From Candidatus Harrisonbacteria bacterium (GTDB lineage: Bacteria; Patescibacteriota; Minisyncoccia; UBA6257; 1-14-0-10-40-38), in NCBI GenBank assembly GCA_023245035.1, contig JAHFLD010000001.1, positions 83,285 through 147,284 of the forward strand: a stretch of DNA of 64,000 nt. Reading direction: 5' to 3'. Positions 17,686-28,065 of the stretch are shown here, piece after piece. Numbering within the stretch: the stretch's first letter is position 1; every line of letters begins with the position of its first letter. The position numbers were made by a program, and so were the translations under genes. The notes below the pieces were generated by a model. The model searched no databases. It was not told the DNA's origin and saw only the letters and a program-made list of their open reading frames with translations.

Positions 17686-20328
17686 ATGAAATCATTCAAT
17701 CGCTTCACTATTAAAGCCCAAGAGGCCCTGCAAAACGCCCAAGAGCTGGCCGCGCAAAGAAATCACGGCGAGTTCAAAGCCGTTCACTTGCTTTCTAGTC
17801 TTCTTGGCGACGAACAATCCCTGGTTCGCCCCATCTTGATTAAAAGCGGAGTCAATTTGGAGACCTTGTACGCCGCCATCGAAGAGGAACTGCAAAAATT
17901 GCCGAAAATTTTTGCCACCGGCAATGTCGGCCAACTCTATTTGTCCCAGGAATTGATGCAGGTGCTGGAAAAGGCCGGCAAAATCGCCCTCAATCAAAAA
18001 GATGAGTTTGTCTCTTGCGAACACCTTCTGTTGGGAATCTTGGAATTGCCTTCAACCGCCCAAAAACTTTTGGAAAAATTCGGCATCCGGCGCGACAATG
18101 CCTTGCGGATCCTCGCCCAACTTCGCGGTTCGATGCGCATTACCGACGAAACGCCGGAGAGCAAGTTCCAAGTTTTGGAAAAATACGCCATCAATCTCAC
18201 CGATCGCGCCCGTGAAGGCAAGTTGGATCCGGTCATTGGCCGAAACGAAGAATTGCGCCGGCTGATTCAGGTTTTGTCTCGCCGCACGAAAAACAACCCG
18301 GTACTAATCGGCGAACCGGGCGTCGGCAAAACCGCCATTGTTGAAGGACTGGCTCAACGTATCGTCTCCGGAGACGTTCCCGATAGTCTCAAAGACAAGG
18401 AGGTTATTATGCTGGATTTGGGATCGCTCATTGCGGGAACCAAATTTCGCGGTGAATTTGAGGATCGGCTCAAAGCTTTTATTAAAGAAGTTCAAAACTC
18501 CGCCGGCCGGATGATTTTATTTGTTGATGAAATCCACATGATTGTCGGCGCCGGCGCCGCCGAAGGCGCGATTGACGCCTCCAATCTTTTGAAACCGCCG
18601 CTTGCGAGGGGCGAACTCCACGCCATCGGCGCTACTACGATTCGTGAATACCAACGCTATATCGAAAAAGACCCAGCGCTCGAGCGGAGATTCCAGCCGA
18701 TTATCGTTGAAGAGCCGGAGCCCGAAGACGCTCTCGCTATTTTGCGCGGCTTAAAAGAAAAATACGAAATTCACCATGGCCTCCGCATTAGCGACGAAGC
18801 GCTCGTTGCCGCCGTACAACTCTCGGCGCGCTATATTACCGACCGCTTTTTGCCGGACAAGGCCGTTGATTTGATTGATGAAGCGGCCGCTGCCAGGCGC
18901 TTGGAATCCGAAAGCGTGCCGGTGGAAATAGACAAATTGCGCCGCGATATTACCCGGATGGAGATCGAAAAATCAGCTCTGCTCAAAGAAACCTCTGCCA
19001 AAAATAAAGAGCGGCTTAAGATAATTGAAAAGGAATTATCGGCGCTCAAGGAGAACAACGACGAACTCTCCGGAGGTTGGCACGCCGAAAAAATCGCCTT
19101 TGAGAATCTCCACAATCTGCGTCGGCGCATTGAAGATTTACGACGCCAGGCGGAACTAGCCGAACGCGCCGGCGATTTGGAAAAAGTCGCCCAAATACTC
19201 TACGGTGAACTGCCAAAAACCGAAAAAGAATACGAAGCTCTGGAGAAAAAACGCCTCAAAACGGTCAAGGGCAAAAACGCCGACAAAACCGAAAAATTCA
19301 TTAAAGAAATGGTGGACGAGGAAGATATCGCCGGCGTTGTCTCGCGCTGGACCGGCATTCCCATAACTCGGATGCTGGAATCCGAAACCGAAAAACTGGC
19401 CCGCATTGAAGATGTCTTGACCAAGCGGGTTATCGGTCAAGAATCAGCGATAGCCGCCGTTTCTAACGCCCTGCGCCGCGCGCGCGCCGGTCTCGCCGAC
19501 GAAACCCGACCCTTGGGATCCTTTATGTTTCTTGGCCCAACTGGTGTTGGAAAAACCGAACTCGCGCGGGCTCTCTCCGAGTTTATGTTCAATGACGAAA
19601 AAGCCATGGTGCGAATTGATATGTCCGAATATATGGAGCGCCACGCCACCGCGCGTCTTATCGGTTCCCCTCCGGGTTATGTTGGTTTTGAAGAAGGCGG
19701 CCAGCTAACCGAAGTAATTCGCCATCGCCCATATAGCCTGATCTTATTTGATGAGGTGGAAAAGGCCCATCCGGAAGTGTTTAATATCCTTCTGCAAATT
19801 CTCGACGAGGGCCGTCTGACCGATGGCAAAGGCAAGACCGTCAACTTCAAAAACAGCATCATTATCATGACCTCCAATGTTGGCAGTCATTACTTCAAAG
19901 AGATGTCCAACATCGGTTTTGCGACCGTCAGCAAAAATGAGGCCAACGACAAGGAAGACTCCTTCAAACGCAAGGTTAATGATTCTCTCCGCCAGACCTT
20001 CAAGCCCGAGTTCTTAAACCGCATCGACGAGATTATTATTTTCAACGCCTTGCGGGAGTCGCAGATTGAGCAGATTGTTGAAGTGCAATTAGTCGCGCTC
20101 AAGGAAAAGCTTGGAGAGCGAGGCATTAAAATATTGATTGATAACGGGGTCAAAAAATATATCGCCGAACACGGATTTGACGCCGATTTCGGCGCGCGCC
20201 CCATTCGGCGCCTGATCCAAAAAGTGATTCTGGACAAACTTGCCGACAGAATTATCAAGGGCGAACTTAAAGATGGCGACAAAATTAAAATCTCTTCTTC
20301 GGGGGCTGCGATTACCATTACTCCTTAA
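17686..20328 (+). CDS. clpB: ATP-dependent chaperone ClpB (two AAA+ modules with a coiled-coil middle domain)
   Basis: Clp N-domain; Walker A ([15 protein letters not shown]) in NBD1; the long coiled-coil M domain, which distinguishes ClpB from ClpA/ClpC; NBD2 Walker A ([14 protein letters not shown]) and sensor region. 880 aa. Confidence 0.95.
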   Translation: MKSFNRFTIKAQEALQNAQELAAQRNHGEFKAVHLLSSLLGDEQSLVRPILIKSGVNLETLYAAIEEELQKLPKIFATGNVGQLYLSQELMQVLEKAGKIALNQKDEFVSCEHLLLGILELPSTAQKLLEKFGIRRDNALRILAQLRGSMRITDETPESKFQVLEKYAINLTDRAREGKLDPVIGRNEELRRLIQVLSRRTKNNPVLIGEPGVGKTAIVEGLAQRIVSGDVPDSLKDKEVIMLDLGSLIAGTKFRGEFEDRLKAFIKEVQNSAGRMILFVDEIHMIVGAGAAEGAIDASNLLKPPLARGELHAIGATTIREYQRYIEKDPALERRFQPIIVEEPEPEDALAILRGLKEKYEIHHGLRISDEALVAAVQLSARYITDRFLPDKAVDLIDEAAAARRLESESVPVEIDKLRRDITRMEIEKSALLKETSAKNKERLKIIEKELSALKENNDELSGGWHAEKIAFENLHNLRRRIEDLRRQAELAERAGDLEKVAQILYGELPKTEKEYEALEKKRLKTVKGKNADKTEKFIKEMVDEEDIAGVVSRWTGIPITRMLESETEKLARIEDVLTKRVIGQESAIAAVSNALRRARAGLADETRPLGSFMFLGPTGVGKTELARALSEFMFNDEKAMVRIDMSEYMERHATARLIGSPPGYVGFEEGGQLTEVIRHRPYSLILFDEVEKAHPEVFNILLQILDEGRLTDGKGKTVNFKNSIIIMTSNVGSHYFKEMSNIGFATVSKNEANDKEDSFKRKVNDSLRQTFKPEFLNRIDEIIIFNALRESQIEQIVEVQLVALKEKLGERGIKILIDNGVKKYIAEHGFDADFGARPIRRLIQKVILDKLADRIIKGELKDGDKIKISSSGAAITITP

Positions 20329-20350
20329 CGCCGCTCTATTTGCCGGTGGT

Positions 20351-21019
20351 TTGTTCATTGTCTATCTGGTGGGGCTTGATTGGCTGGCTGCCGCCTTGTT
20401 TTTGTTGCTTGCGATTTATCTCTACAGCCATCCCAAGGGCAACTTGGCAACCACCTCCATAATTGGAATTGCCGCCGTTGTCATCAATCTGGCACTGATG
20501 AGTTATGTCACCTCGCCTCTAGCCGCCCTAAGTCTTGCCGCAATGGGCGGCGTTCTTTGGTGTCTTATTATCGGCATAAAAAATGTTGAATTTTTGGAGC
20601 GGCGCGAGTGGCATCTATTTGCCACGGACACGGTTATCTATGGAGTGCTGGTTTTATTTTTTCTTGCTAATCAAACAGTTTTTTCGGTAATTAATATCCT
20701 GGCATTGGCCGGGTTTGCCTATCTCGTTCACCGAGAATTGCTTAAAGATTATTTTGCTGAATCGGTTAAAAAACCGGATCTTGCTTTAGCCTCGGGAATT
20801 TTAAGTTTGATCGCCGTCAAAATTGCCTGGGTGGCTAGCCTCTTGCCCCTAGGATTTATCAGTGACGTTAACGCGGTTATGATTACCTTGCTTTGCGCCC
20901 AAAACTTGATTATCCGCAAATTAGAAAATCGACTGACTGCTCGTTTTACTCTCTTGCAGATCTCATTTTTTGGCTTGGCGATGCTCTTAATCGCCGGTAC
21001 CACAAGCTGGTCCTTGTAA
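20351..21019 (+). CDS. polytopic membrane protein of unknown function
   Basis: At least 6 predicted TM helices. The ORF track opens at 20240 inside clpB. The start is placed at the first in-frame TTG after the clpB stop and is uncertain. Confidence 0.45.
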   Translation: MFIVYLVGLDWLAAALFLLLAIYLYSHPKGNLATTSIIGIAAVVINLALMSYVTSPLAALSLAAMGGVLWCLIIGIKNVEFLERREWHLFATDTVIYGVLVLFFLANQTVFSVINILALAGFAYLVHRELLKDYFAESVKKPDLALASGILSLIAVKIAWVASLLPLGFISDVNAVMITLLCAQNLIIRKLENRLTARFTLLQISFFGLAMLLIAGTTSWSL

Positions 21020-21139
21020 TCCAAAACCGGAACGGCTAAAAGATTTTTAAGCGATAATTTCCACCCAAGAAGGTCTTGGCGAAAAACCAAGCCGGGTTGA
21101 CTCGCGCCCCTAAAGAAAATAGACTGTGCTCAAAAAACA

Positions 21140-21784
21140 ATGACCATTGAGCAAAAAATCCAAGCCTTGGGAGTCGCCCTTATTAAAATCTCGGTCAACG
21201 CCAAACGTCTGGAGCTTCGACACCGACTGGAGCGCCAAGCATTCAATCTTTTGGAGTGCCTTGTTGATGAAAACCAAGTCAACCTCAAAAATCAGTTAAG
21301 GGCTGTGGATAACCTGGTAAAATTTGGCGGCCTGCTCTATGAGATCGAAACTATGCACGTCCGGGGGATTCGCGAGTGGATTGATGAAATAAGTCTGGAA
21401 ATTGAGTCCAGGCGTGAAGAAGGAGAAGAGCTTCCAGATCTGGATGAGATATTCGGTAAGAAAATGGATGAAATACCCAAAGAAGTCAAAAAAAAGGAAC
21501 CCGGCAATGAAATACGGCAAAACACGGCAATTGCCGAATTAAATAAAGAAAAAGAGTTAAACAACGAGCTAAATAATGCGGCAATCCGGCAATCGGCAAT
21601 CATTGATAGAATTCGGCAATCCGGAAATCAAACACAGATTCAGTTAAGAGATATTACCCAAGAACTCCCCGATGTTAGCGAGAGGACTATTCGCTACGAT
21701 CTCCAAAAACTTTGTAGCGACGGAGTTTTGGAAAGAATCGGCCAGGGCGGCCCCGGAACCTACTATCGTATCCGGGTTATTTAA
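21140..21784 (+). CDS. putative transcriptional regulator with a C-terminal winged-helix DNA-binding domain
   Basis: C-terminal HTH-like segment (SERTIRYDLQKLCSDGVLERIGQGGPGTYYRI). N-terminal helical domain and a charged linker. Confidence 0.5.
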   Translation: MTIEQKIQALGVALIKISVNAKRLELRHRLERQAFNLLECLVDENQVNLKNQLRAVDNLVKFGGLLYEIETMHVRGIREWIDEISLEIESRREEGEELPDLDEIFGKKMDEIPKEVKKKEPGNEIRQNTAIAELNKEKELNNELNNAAIRQSAIIDRIRQSGNQTQIQLRDITQELPDVSERTIRYDLQKLCSDGVLERIGQGGPGTYYRIRVI

Positions 21785-22331
21785 GTGTTATTGGAAACAA
21801 ACCAGCAAAAAGGTCAATGTTTCTTGCTTTATTTGGGTATCTGTAATAAAGTTACCTAGGTTATCGTTCTAACCTACGAGTCAGAAAAACACGGTATTCT
21901 TTCGTGGTTTTTATCTGCTCGTAAACCACAATGGCCTTCCTATCAATGGGACTGCTTGAGTGGCGATGAAAACTTAATAATTAGACCTAAGGCTTTTTAG
22001 GCAGTGGGTCTATGAGAATTTCAAGTTGACTTGGAGTGAGGCCAAGCCGACCGAAAGTCTGGTTTTTCTTATTTAGATTCTTTCGGATCGTCTTTTGTCT
22101 CGCTTTAAGCGAGATTTTTTGTTGTGTTACTAGGGGTTTGTCTTTGTTGCTGAGGTCGATTTCGCCTCGCGGAAAAGCCCGCTGGCGGAAGGACAAGGAT
22201 TAATCCTTCCGAAATTGAGCAATTAGAATTGATTAAAAACGAATTTCATAGAAATCGAAAAACTTGTTTACGATATAGCTTCCGGTCGGTGAAGGCGTCG
22301 TGAATAAGGAAAAAGTCAGAAAATAATTACA

Positions 22332-25300
22332 ATGAGTAAAACACTAACAAGCAAAATTACCTCCGTCGTCCTTTCTGTGGCGACGTTGGCCCTTTTTGCC
22401 GGCTCGATGCTTCCTAAAGCTGAAGCCGCTATGTCAGTGGCCGATCTCCAAGCGCAAATCGCCGCATTGCAGGCTCAGTTGTCTGCGCTCGCCGGTGGTT
22501 CTTCCACGCCAGCAACGTCATGCACCTTTTCCAGCACCCTCACTGTTGGAGCCAAGGGAAGTGCCGTTACTTGTTTGCAGAACTACTTAACGAGCACTGG
22601 TGACTATACCCACAGCGGTGGCGCGACGGGATACTTTGGTAACATTACCAAAGCCGCGGTCGCTTCATGGCAGTCTAAGCACGGAGTGTCTCCGGCAGCG
22701 GGCGTTTTTGGCCCAATCTCTCGAGCAAAATACAGTGAGTTACAGGCGGTTGCGGTAACCCCGACACCGACCCCAACTCCAGGCCCGGTAGCCGCTGGAA
22801 CGGGTTTAACCGTTTCTTTGGCCTCCGATCAACCGGCCCAAGGGCTGTTTGGCGAGAGCTTTGCCAGCCGTCCGTTTACCAAGCTCAACCTCACCGCCTC
22901 TTCGGATGGCGATGTGACGGTTAAGAAAATCGTTGTTGAGCGCGTTGGTCAGTCAGCCGATGCCGTTTTCTCCGGCGTTATCGCCTTGGATGAAAATTAC
23001 ATCCGCTATGACCGATCCAAGACGTTTGGCTCCGACCACACCTTGAGCTTGACCCCAAGCATCTTGGTGAAAGCCGGTCAAACCAAAACAGTCTATATCG
23101 CCGGTGATTCCGACAACAACCAAGATGCCTACAACGGCCAATTGGCCGCTTTGCAGGTTAAATCAGTTGATGCCGGTACTGCTACGGTTAATGGCTCCTT
23201 CCCAATGGTTGGAACCACGATGACTGTTAACAGCACGCTAGCGATCGGATCCGCGACTCTTACCCGAGGAACTCTGGATCCAGGTGTCAGCCAGACTAAA
23301 GAAGTCGGTACCACCGGATACACCTTCTCCGGTATTCGTATTAGCGCCGGTTCCAACGAAGACATTACCGTGAAAGCGGTAAAGTTCCTTCAGAGTGGTT
23401 CGGCTAGTGCGAGCGATCTAAGCAATGTCCAGGTCGTTTTGGATGGAACCTCTTACCCGGCCCAACTTTCTTCGGACGGCAAGTATTACACCGCGAACTT
23501 CGGTTCCGGCCTCTTCATCCAGAAGGGTCTGCAGAAAGAAATGTCAATCAAGGGTGATGTCATCGGCGGATCAAACCGCACGGTTGACATGAACCTTGAC
23601 TACTACGAAGATCTCCGAATCGTGGGCGCGACCTATGGCTATGCCATTACGCCGTCTGCCACCGATTCCGGTGACTCCGCGACGGACAACGATGGAACCT
23701 TCCAAGCATCCAACCCGAACTACGATGGCTATCTAGCCACCATTGGAACAGGAACGATGAACGTTACCAAGGCTAACTCGGTAACAGCTCAAAACATCGC
23801 GATTAACCTCGCTGATCAGGTTTTGGGAGGCTTTGATTTTGACGTCAAAGGTGAACCAATCACGATTGCGACCCTGCGCTTTAGCTTGGCCCCAAACAGC
23901 GGTAGCTCTGCCGACACAGCTGACATCACCAATGTCAAGCTCGTCCGTGCTGATGGTACTGTTGTTGCCGGTCCGGTTGATGCCGTAGCTGGTGGCACCA
24001 ACGCGGTTGTCTTTACCGATACCGTCACCTTCAATCCGGGCATTACCACCTACAAGCTCATCGGTAAACTGGGAACCGATTTCACCAACAACAACACGGT
24101 GACGGCTTCCACAACTCCTGGCAGTAACTGGTCCACGATTCGTGGCACGGTGAGCAACATCTCACTGACCCCGACTCCGTCCGGAGCGGTTATCGCCAAC
24201 ACGATGACCGTTAAGGCGGCTGCTCTCTCGGTCTCGGTCTCCCCGATTCCGTCAGCGCAGACAATCGTTGCTGGCTTGAACGGATTCAATTTCGGCAACT
24301 TCGTCTTTGACGCGAGTGGTTCCGGTGAAGATGTCCGCACGACCTCTTTCCAGCCACAAATATCCTTTGGTCAGTTAAACACCGCGGACGACCTCCGCGC
24401 CTGTCAGTTGTTTGATGGCGCAACTGCCTTGAACACCGGCACGAACATCGTGAACCCAGGCAATAGCGTCGCGAACCAAGATAACGTGACTTTCACGCTT
24501 GATTCCGGGGTCATTATTCCCAAGGGTTCGGTCAAGACTTTGGCCTTGAAGTGTAACGTTTCCGCTACAACTACGTCGGTCTCGACGGTTGCCGGAACGA
24601 TTAACTACACCTTTGCTTGGGGTCTTGGTTCTGGAGCTTCTGCCGCCAACACGGCAGTCACAACTGGCTTGACCTCTGGTCAGACCGTAACTCCAACCAT
24701 CAACACCAACAATGGTCAGAACATCAGTGTTGTGGCGAGCGGCACGCTCTCCATCGCGCTTGATTCCTCGAGTCCCGGCGCCCGATGGGCGGCTGGCGGC
24801 ACGACCGACAATGTCTTGAACGTCCTCCGCATCACAACTGGCGCGGAAGATGTGAACTTGACTCAAATCGGCTTGATCTTGGGTGGTGGTGCTTCCAACA
24901 CTCCGCAGGATTTGACGAAAGTCACCCTGTGGGATGGCGATGCCGCTACTCCGACCAAAGTTGGTGAAGTAGTCTTCTCTACGGCTGATATCGCGACCGC
25001 CACAATCTCCGGAATGATTATTCCGAAGAACAGCGACCGCAAATTGGTCATCAAGGGAGATATTGGCGCCTTCGGCGTCGGTGCGCCGGCTAAACCCGGT
25101 CACTTGGTACGAGTTGAGTATTGGTACGCCTCTGGTGACACTTCCGGTAATGGTACACGTGGCACCGGTTTGAGCTCTGGTAACTTCATTTACTCGGGCA
25201 CAACCGCGAGCACGACTGCTTCCGGTGGTGTGTATATCGCCAAGTCGTATCCGATCCTGACTCCGATCGCCTTACCGACCAACAAGCTGATTGCCGGAAC

Positions 25301-25997
25301 ACCGGCCATCTATCGCTTCTCGGTCACTGCTCCGTCAACGGGTGGAGTTGGACTTTATAAGTTCAGCTTCCGCACGGCGACCGCAGGTGGTACTACGGCT
25401 GTTTCTTACCAAGTCACCAACTTCCAGACCTGGGGCTACTCCGATTCGGCGTTCTCCATTCCGGCATATGGTTCGACTGGTCTCTTGAACAGCTCTGATC
25501 TAGTAACTGCGTCAAGCACGGCAACGGGCTACGCCATCGACGATTCGGCTAACCAGGCAGGAAGATTTACCATCTTCTTCAACCCGGTTGCCGGCAGCGG
25601 CACGACCAATGAGGCGATTCAGGTCCCAGCCGGACAGACTCGCTACTTTGAGGTCAAAGCCAACGTTGCTGGTGTCAGCGCTTCAACGACATTGAGCACC
25701 CAGCTTGAGGGCGACATTCAAACCCTTTATGCGAAGGATGCCGCGGATACATTTACCTCCGGCAACTACTCCTTCGCCACTACGGCCGCTTATGTTGCTT
25801 CTAGCACCATATTCGGTACCGAAGGCGCGGGCGGTGATGGCGTACTCTTGAGTGGATCAGGGGATGTCAGAAACGACTTCATTTGGTCCGACAACGCGAC
25901 GACCACTTCCGGTGTTGCGAACTACGACTGGATGAACGGCTACTTGGTTCCTGGCTTGCCGGGCACCAACATGTCATCTCAGACGCTCACCCCCTAA
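22332..25997 (+). CDS. giant secreted Thr/Ser/Gly/Ala-rich surface protein with an N-terminal peptidoglycan-binding (PG_binding_1-like) domain; S-layer/adhesin-like
   Basis: Signal peptide, a coiled-coil heptad (LQAQIAALQAQLSAL), a PG-binding-like domain (TCLQNYLTSTGDYTHSGGATGYFGNITKAAVASWQSKHGV), a TPTPTPTP linker, then ~1000 aa of Cys-free beta-rich low-complexity sequence. 1221 aa. Confidence 0.8.
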   Translation: MSKTLTSKITSVVLSVATLALFAGSMLPKAEAAMSVADLQAQIAALQAQLSALAGGSSTPATSCTFSSTLTVGAKGSAVTCLQNYLTSTGDYTHSGGATGYFGNITKAAVASWQSKHGVSPAAGVFGPISRAKYSELQAVAVTPTPTPTPGPVAAGTGLTVSLASDQPAQGLFGESFASRPFTKLNLTASSDGDVTVKKIVVERVGQSADAVFSGVIALDENYIRYDRSKTFGSDHTLSLTPSILVKAGQTKTVYIAGDSDNNQDAYNGQLAALQVKSVDAGTATVNGSFPMVGTTMTVNSTLAIGSATLTRGTLDPGVSQTKEVGTTGYTFSGIRISAGSNEDITVKAVKFLQSGSASASDLSNVQVVLDGTSYPAQLSSDGKYYTANFGSGLFIQKGLQKEMSIKGDVIGGSNRTVDMNLDYYEDLRIVGATYGYAITPSATDSGDSATDNDGTFQASNPNYDGYLATIGTGTMNVTKANSVTAQNIAINLADQVLGGFDFDVKGEPITIATLRFSLAPNSGSSADTADITNVKLVRADGTVVAGPVDAVAGGTNAVVFTDTVTFNPGITTYKLIGKLGTDFTNNNTVTASTTPGSNWSTIRGTVSNISLTPTPSGAVIANTMTVKAAALSVSVSPIPSAQTIVAGLNGFNFGNFVFDASGSGEDVRTTSFQPQISFGQLNTADDLRACQLFDGATALNTGTNIVNPGNSVANQDNVTFTLDSGVIIPKGSVKTLALKCNVSATTTSVSTVAGTINYTFAWGLGSGASAANTAVTTGLTSGQTVTPTINTNNGQNISVVASGTLSIALDSSSPGARWAAGGTTDNVLNVLRITTGAEDVNLTQIGLILGGGASNTPQDLTKVTLWDGDAATPTKVGEVVFSTADIATATISGMIIPKNSDRKLVIKGDIGAFGVGAPAKPGHLVRVEYWYASGDTSGNGTRGTGLSSGNFIYSGTTASTTASGGVYIAKSYPILTPIALPTNKLIAGTPAIYRFSVTAPSTGGVGLYKFSFRTATAGGTTAVSYQVTNFQTWGYSDSAFSIPAYGSTGLLNSSDLVTASSTATGYAIDDSANQAGRFTIFFNPVAGSGTTNEAIQVPAGQTRYFEVKANVAGVSASTTLSTQLEGDIQTLYAKDAADTFTSGNYSFATTAAYVASSTIFGTEGAGGDGVLLSGSGDVRNDFIWSDNATTTSGVANYDWMNGYLVPGLPGTNMSSQTLTP

Positions 25998-26029
25998 GGA
26001 ATACTTGAGGTTCCTTAAGGAAAACAAAG

Positions 26030-26062
26030 CCGCTCCGGTTAAACCCGGGGCGGTTTTTGTTT
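26030..26062 (+). terminator. rho-independent terminator after the giant surface-protein gene
   Basis: ccgctccgg ttaaac ccggggcgg (one G-U pair) followed by tttttgtttt. Confidence 0.5.
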
Positions 26063-26150
26063 TCCTGGTGTTTTTATGAACTCAAGTCGGCGCCTCGTGT
26101 TGGATTGCCGAAATTTGACCCGCGGGCGCGAAGTATTATAATAGCGGAAC

Positions 26151-26879
26151 ATGAAACCCGATTATAAAAAAATATTCCTTGTTATCGTTGGCATCGCCGT
26201 CACGGCATTAATTTCGGCGTACGCCGTAACTCAAATCAGGCTCAAACTTATTTTTGGCGATCTGCCACCCTATCGCGGTGAGCGCCTTGAATACATTGGT
26301 CCTGGGGACGAGTTTACAAAAACCCTGCCTAAAGCGGCCGTAGAAAAAAGAACCCAAGAACTCGCCGGTCTTAAAAAGCAAATCTACGCCAATCCAAAAG
26401 ACTACAATCTCTGGATCCAGGCCGGCATTCTCAAAAAGTTCTTTAATAACTACGAAGGTGCCCGCGACGTCTGGGAGTATGCCATTGTCGTTGATCCCAA
26501 AATATCACTGGCCTATTTTAATCTTGGAAATCTCTACGAATACTATCTCAAAGATTTTGCCAAAGCGGAAGCAAATTACCTGAAAGCTGTGGAAATTGAA
26601 GGTCGCGTCGCCGCGCAATATCACATTGCCCTCGCCGATTTTTATGATATTTCCTATGTTGAGAAAAAAAACGAAGTTGAAAAAGTGTTGTTAAATGGAA
26701 TCAACCTAATACCCCACGATGCCAGCCTCAAAGTTCGCCTGTCTGCTTATTACGAAAAGCAAGGCGATGTGCCAAAAGCAATTCAATATTTGAAAGTGGC
26801 TATAATCGACGACCCATCGCTAATTGAGGTTCAGAAAAAACTTCAGAATTTAGAATCTTCTGCTAGCAGGCGAAAATAA
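26151..26879 (+). CDS. membrane-anchored TPR-repeat protein
   Basis: N-terminal TM helix. TPR-like repeats (AYFNLGNLYEYYLKDFAKAEANYLKAVEI). Confidence 0.55.
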   Translation: MKPDYKKIFLVIVGIAVTALISAYAVTQIRLKLIFGDLPPYRGERLEYIGPGDEFTKTLPKAAVEKRTQELAGLKKQIYANPKDYNLWIQAGILKKFFNNYEGARDVWEYAIVVDPKISLAYFNLGNLYEYYLKDFAKAEANYLKAVEIEGRVAAQYHIALADFYDISYVEKKNEVEKVLLNGINLIPHDASLKVRLSAYYEKQGDVPKAIQYLKVAIIDDPSLIEVQKKLQNLESSASRRK

Positions 26880-28045
26880 AGTGTCTGCGTCCTCTGGTAC
26901 ATCTCTTTGAGTGAAAAAGATTGTTCGATCCTCTGCCACAAGGCGTGACCAAGATCTTGCCGCGTCGTAGTATTGTTAGTGAGTTTTATAATTTCCAACG
27001 CGAGCGCCGCTGGATTTTTTGGAGGAACTAAAAGACCGTTCTCGTGGTTGCTGATGATTTCCGGTATGCCGCCGACTCGACTTGCGACAACCGCTCGCCC
27101 AGCTATGCCGGCCTCCAAAAGAAAATAAGGCAATCCTTCCTTTAAAGACGGCATCGCGATTATGTCAAAAGCTCGGAGATGTTTTGAGGCTTCGCTAACA
27201 TAAGGCCTAATAAAAAAACGATCCGCGAGTCTGGCTTCGGTAATTAAGCGAGTTAATAGTTTTTCCTCTGGGCCTCCGCCGAAAATTGCAAAATAAAGAT
27301 TAAATCCAGGGTTCTGCTTAAATACCAAAGCCGCCGCCCCCACTAAATAACGCAGTCCCTTGTTGGCGTAGAAATGAGAAATAGTCCCGACAAGTATCGC
27401 GTTGGGTGGTAAATCTAGTCCCAGTTTTCTGCGAGCCTCTGCCTTGTCTAAAAGAGTCTTTGAATCGGAATCAATGCCGTTGTGAATAGTTTTTAATGCG
27501 CCCCTGTTCGCGATGTGGTATTTTAAAGCCGAAGCTCGATCAAAATCCGAAACGCAAATAATCGCGTCCCTAAAAAATCGAGCCGCGAACTCCAATGGTA
27601 TATAAATCAGTTTTTTCCAAATTCCCGGCTCGTTGAAGGGGAATCCATGCGCGGTGTAAACGCATCTTGCTCGCGAAAAAGCTCGGCGGTTATAAAGATA
27701 GACGCCGTATGGTCCAAAAATTCCGGCATTGGTGCTGTTGAAATGAACCAGGTTTGGGGCTAACTTTTGTAAAAGCTTCTTAAGTTCCAATGAGAAGAGC
27801 AGGTTCTCAAACGGGTTTAAAGAACGGCGCAAATGATTTAAGGTGAAAACCGGAATGCCGTACTCCATAAGCCGGTGAACTAATTCACCCCGATGACGCG
27901 CTCCGCAGACCACGCTTACGCGATAACCCGGCTGGCTAGAAAAATAAACCGCCAAATCAAAGACATAGCGTTGAGCGCCGCCCCAACTCCCCTGGGTAAT
28001 GACATAAACTATGTGGCGAGACTTCTCATTTTTGTCCAAAGGCAT
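26843..28045 (-). CDS. glycosyltransferase family 4 (GT-B)
   Basis: N-terminal donor/acceptor-domain motif (ITQGSWGGAQRYVFDLA) and C-terminal EX7E-type motif (EGLPYFLLEAGIAGRAVVASRVGGIPEII). Confidence 0.85.
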   Translation of the reverse strand: MPLDKNEKSRHIVYVITQGSWGGAQRYVFDLAVYFSSQPGYRVSVVCGARHRGELVHRLMEYGIPVFTLNHLRRSLNPFENLLFSLELKKLLQKLAPNLVHFNSTNAGIFGPYGVYLYNRRAFSRARCVYTAHGFPFNEPGIWKKLIYIPLEFAARFFRDAIICVSDFDRASALKYHIANRGALKTIHNGIDSDSKTLLDKAEARRKLGLDLPPNAILVGTISHFYANKGLRYLVGAAALVFKQNPGFNLYFAIFGGGPEEKLLTRLITEARLADRFFIRPYVSEASKHLRAFDIIAMPSLKEGLPYFLLEAGIAGRAVVASRVGGIPEIISNHENGLLVPPKNPAALALEIIKLTNNTTTRQDLGHALWQRIEQSFSLKEMYQRTQTLYFRLLAEDSKF

Positions 28046-28065
28046 TTAAATAGATAAACCCTATT

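Noticed and set aside
21987-22196. 69-aa basic ORF on the minus strand in the 540-bp leader of the giant surface-protein gene
   Set aside because: No SD, no motif, and it lies in a region better explained as promoter/5'UTR with stem-loops (e.g. ctcgcttaagcgag followed by T-run near 22098-22120).
23816-25103. Several 77-242-aa minus-strand ORFs inside the giant surface-protein gene
   Set aside because: Shadow ORFs in a long repetitive coding region with biased composition.
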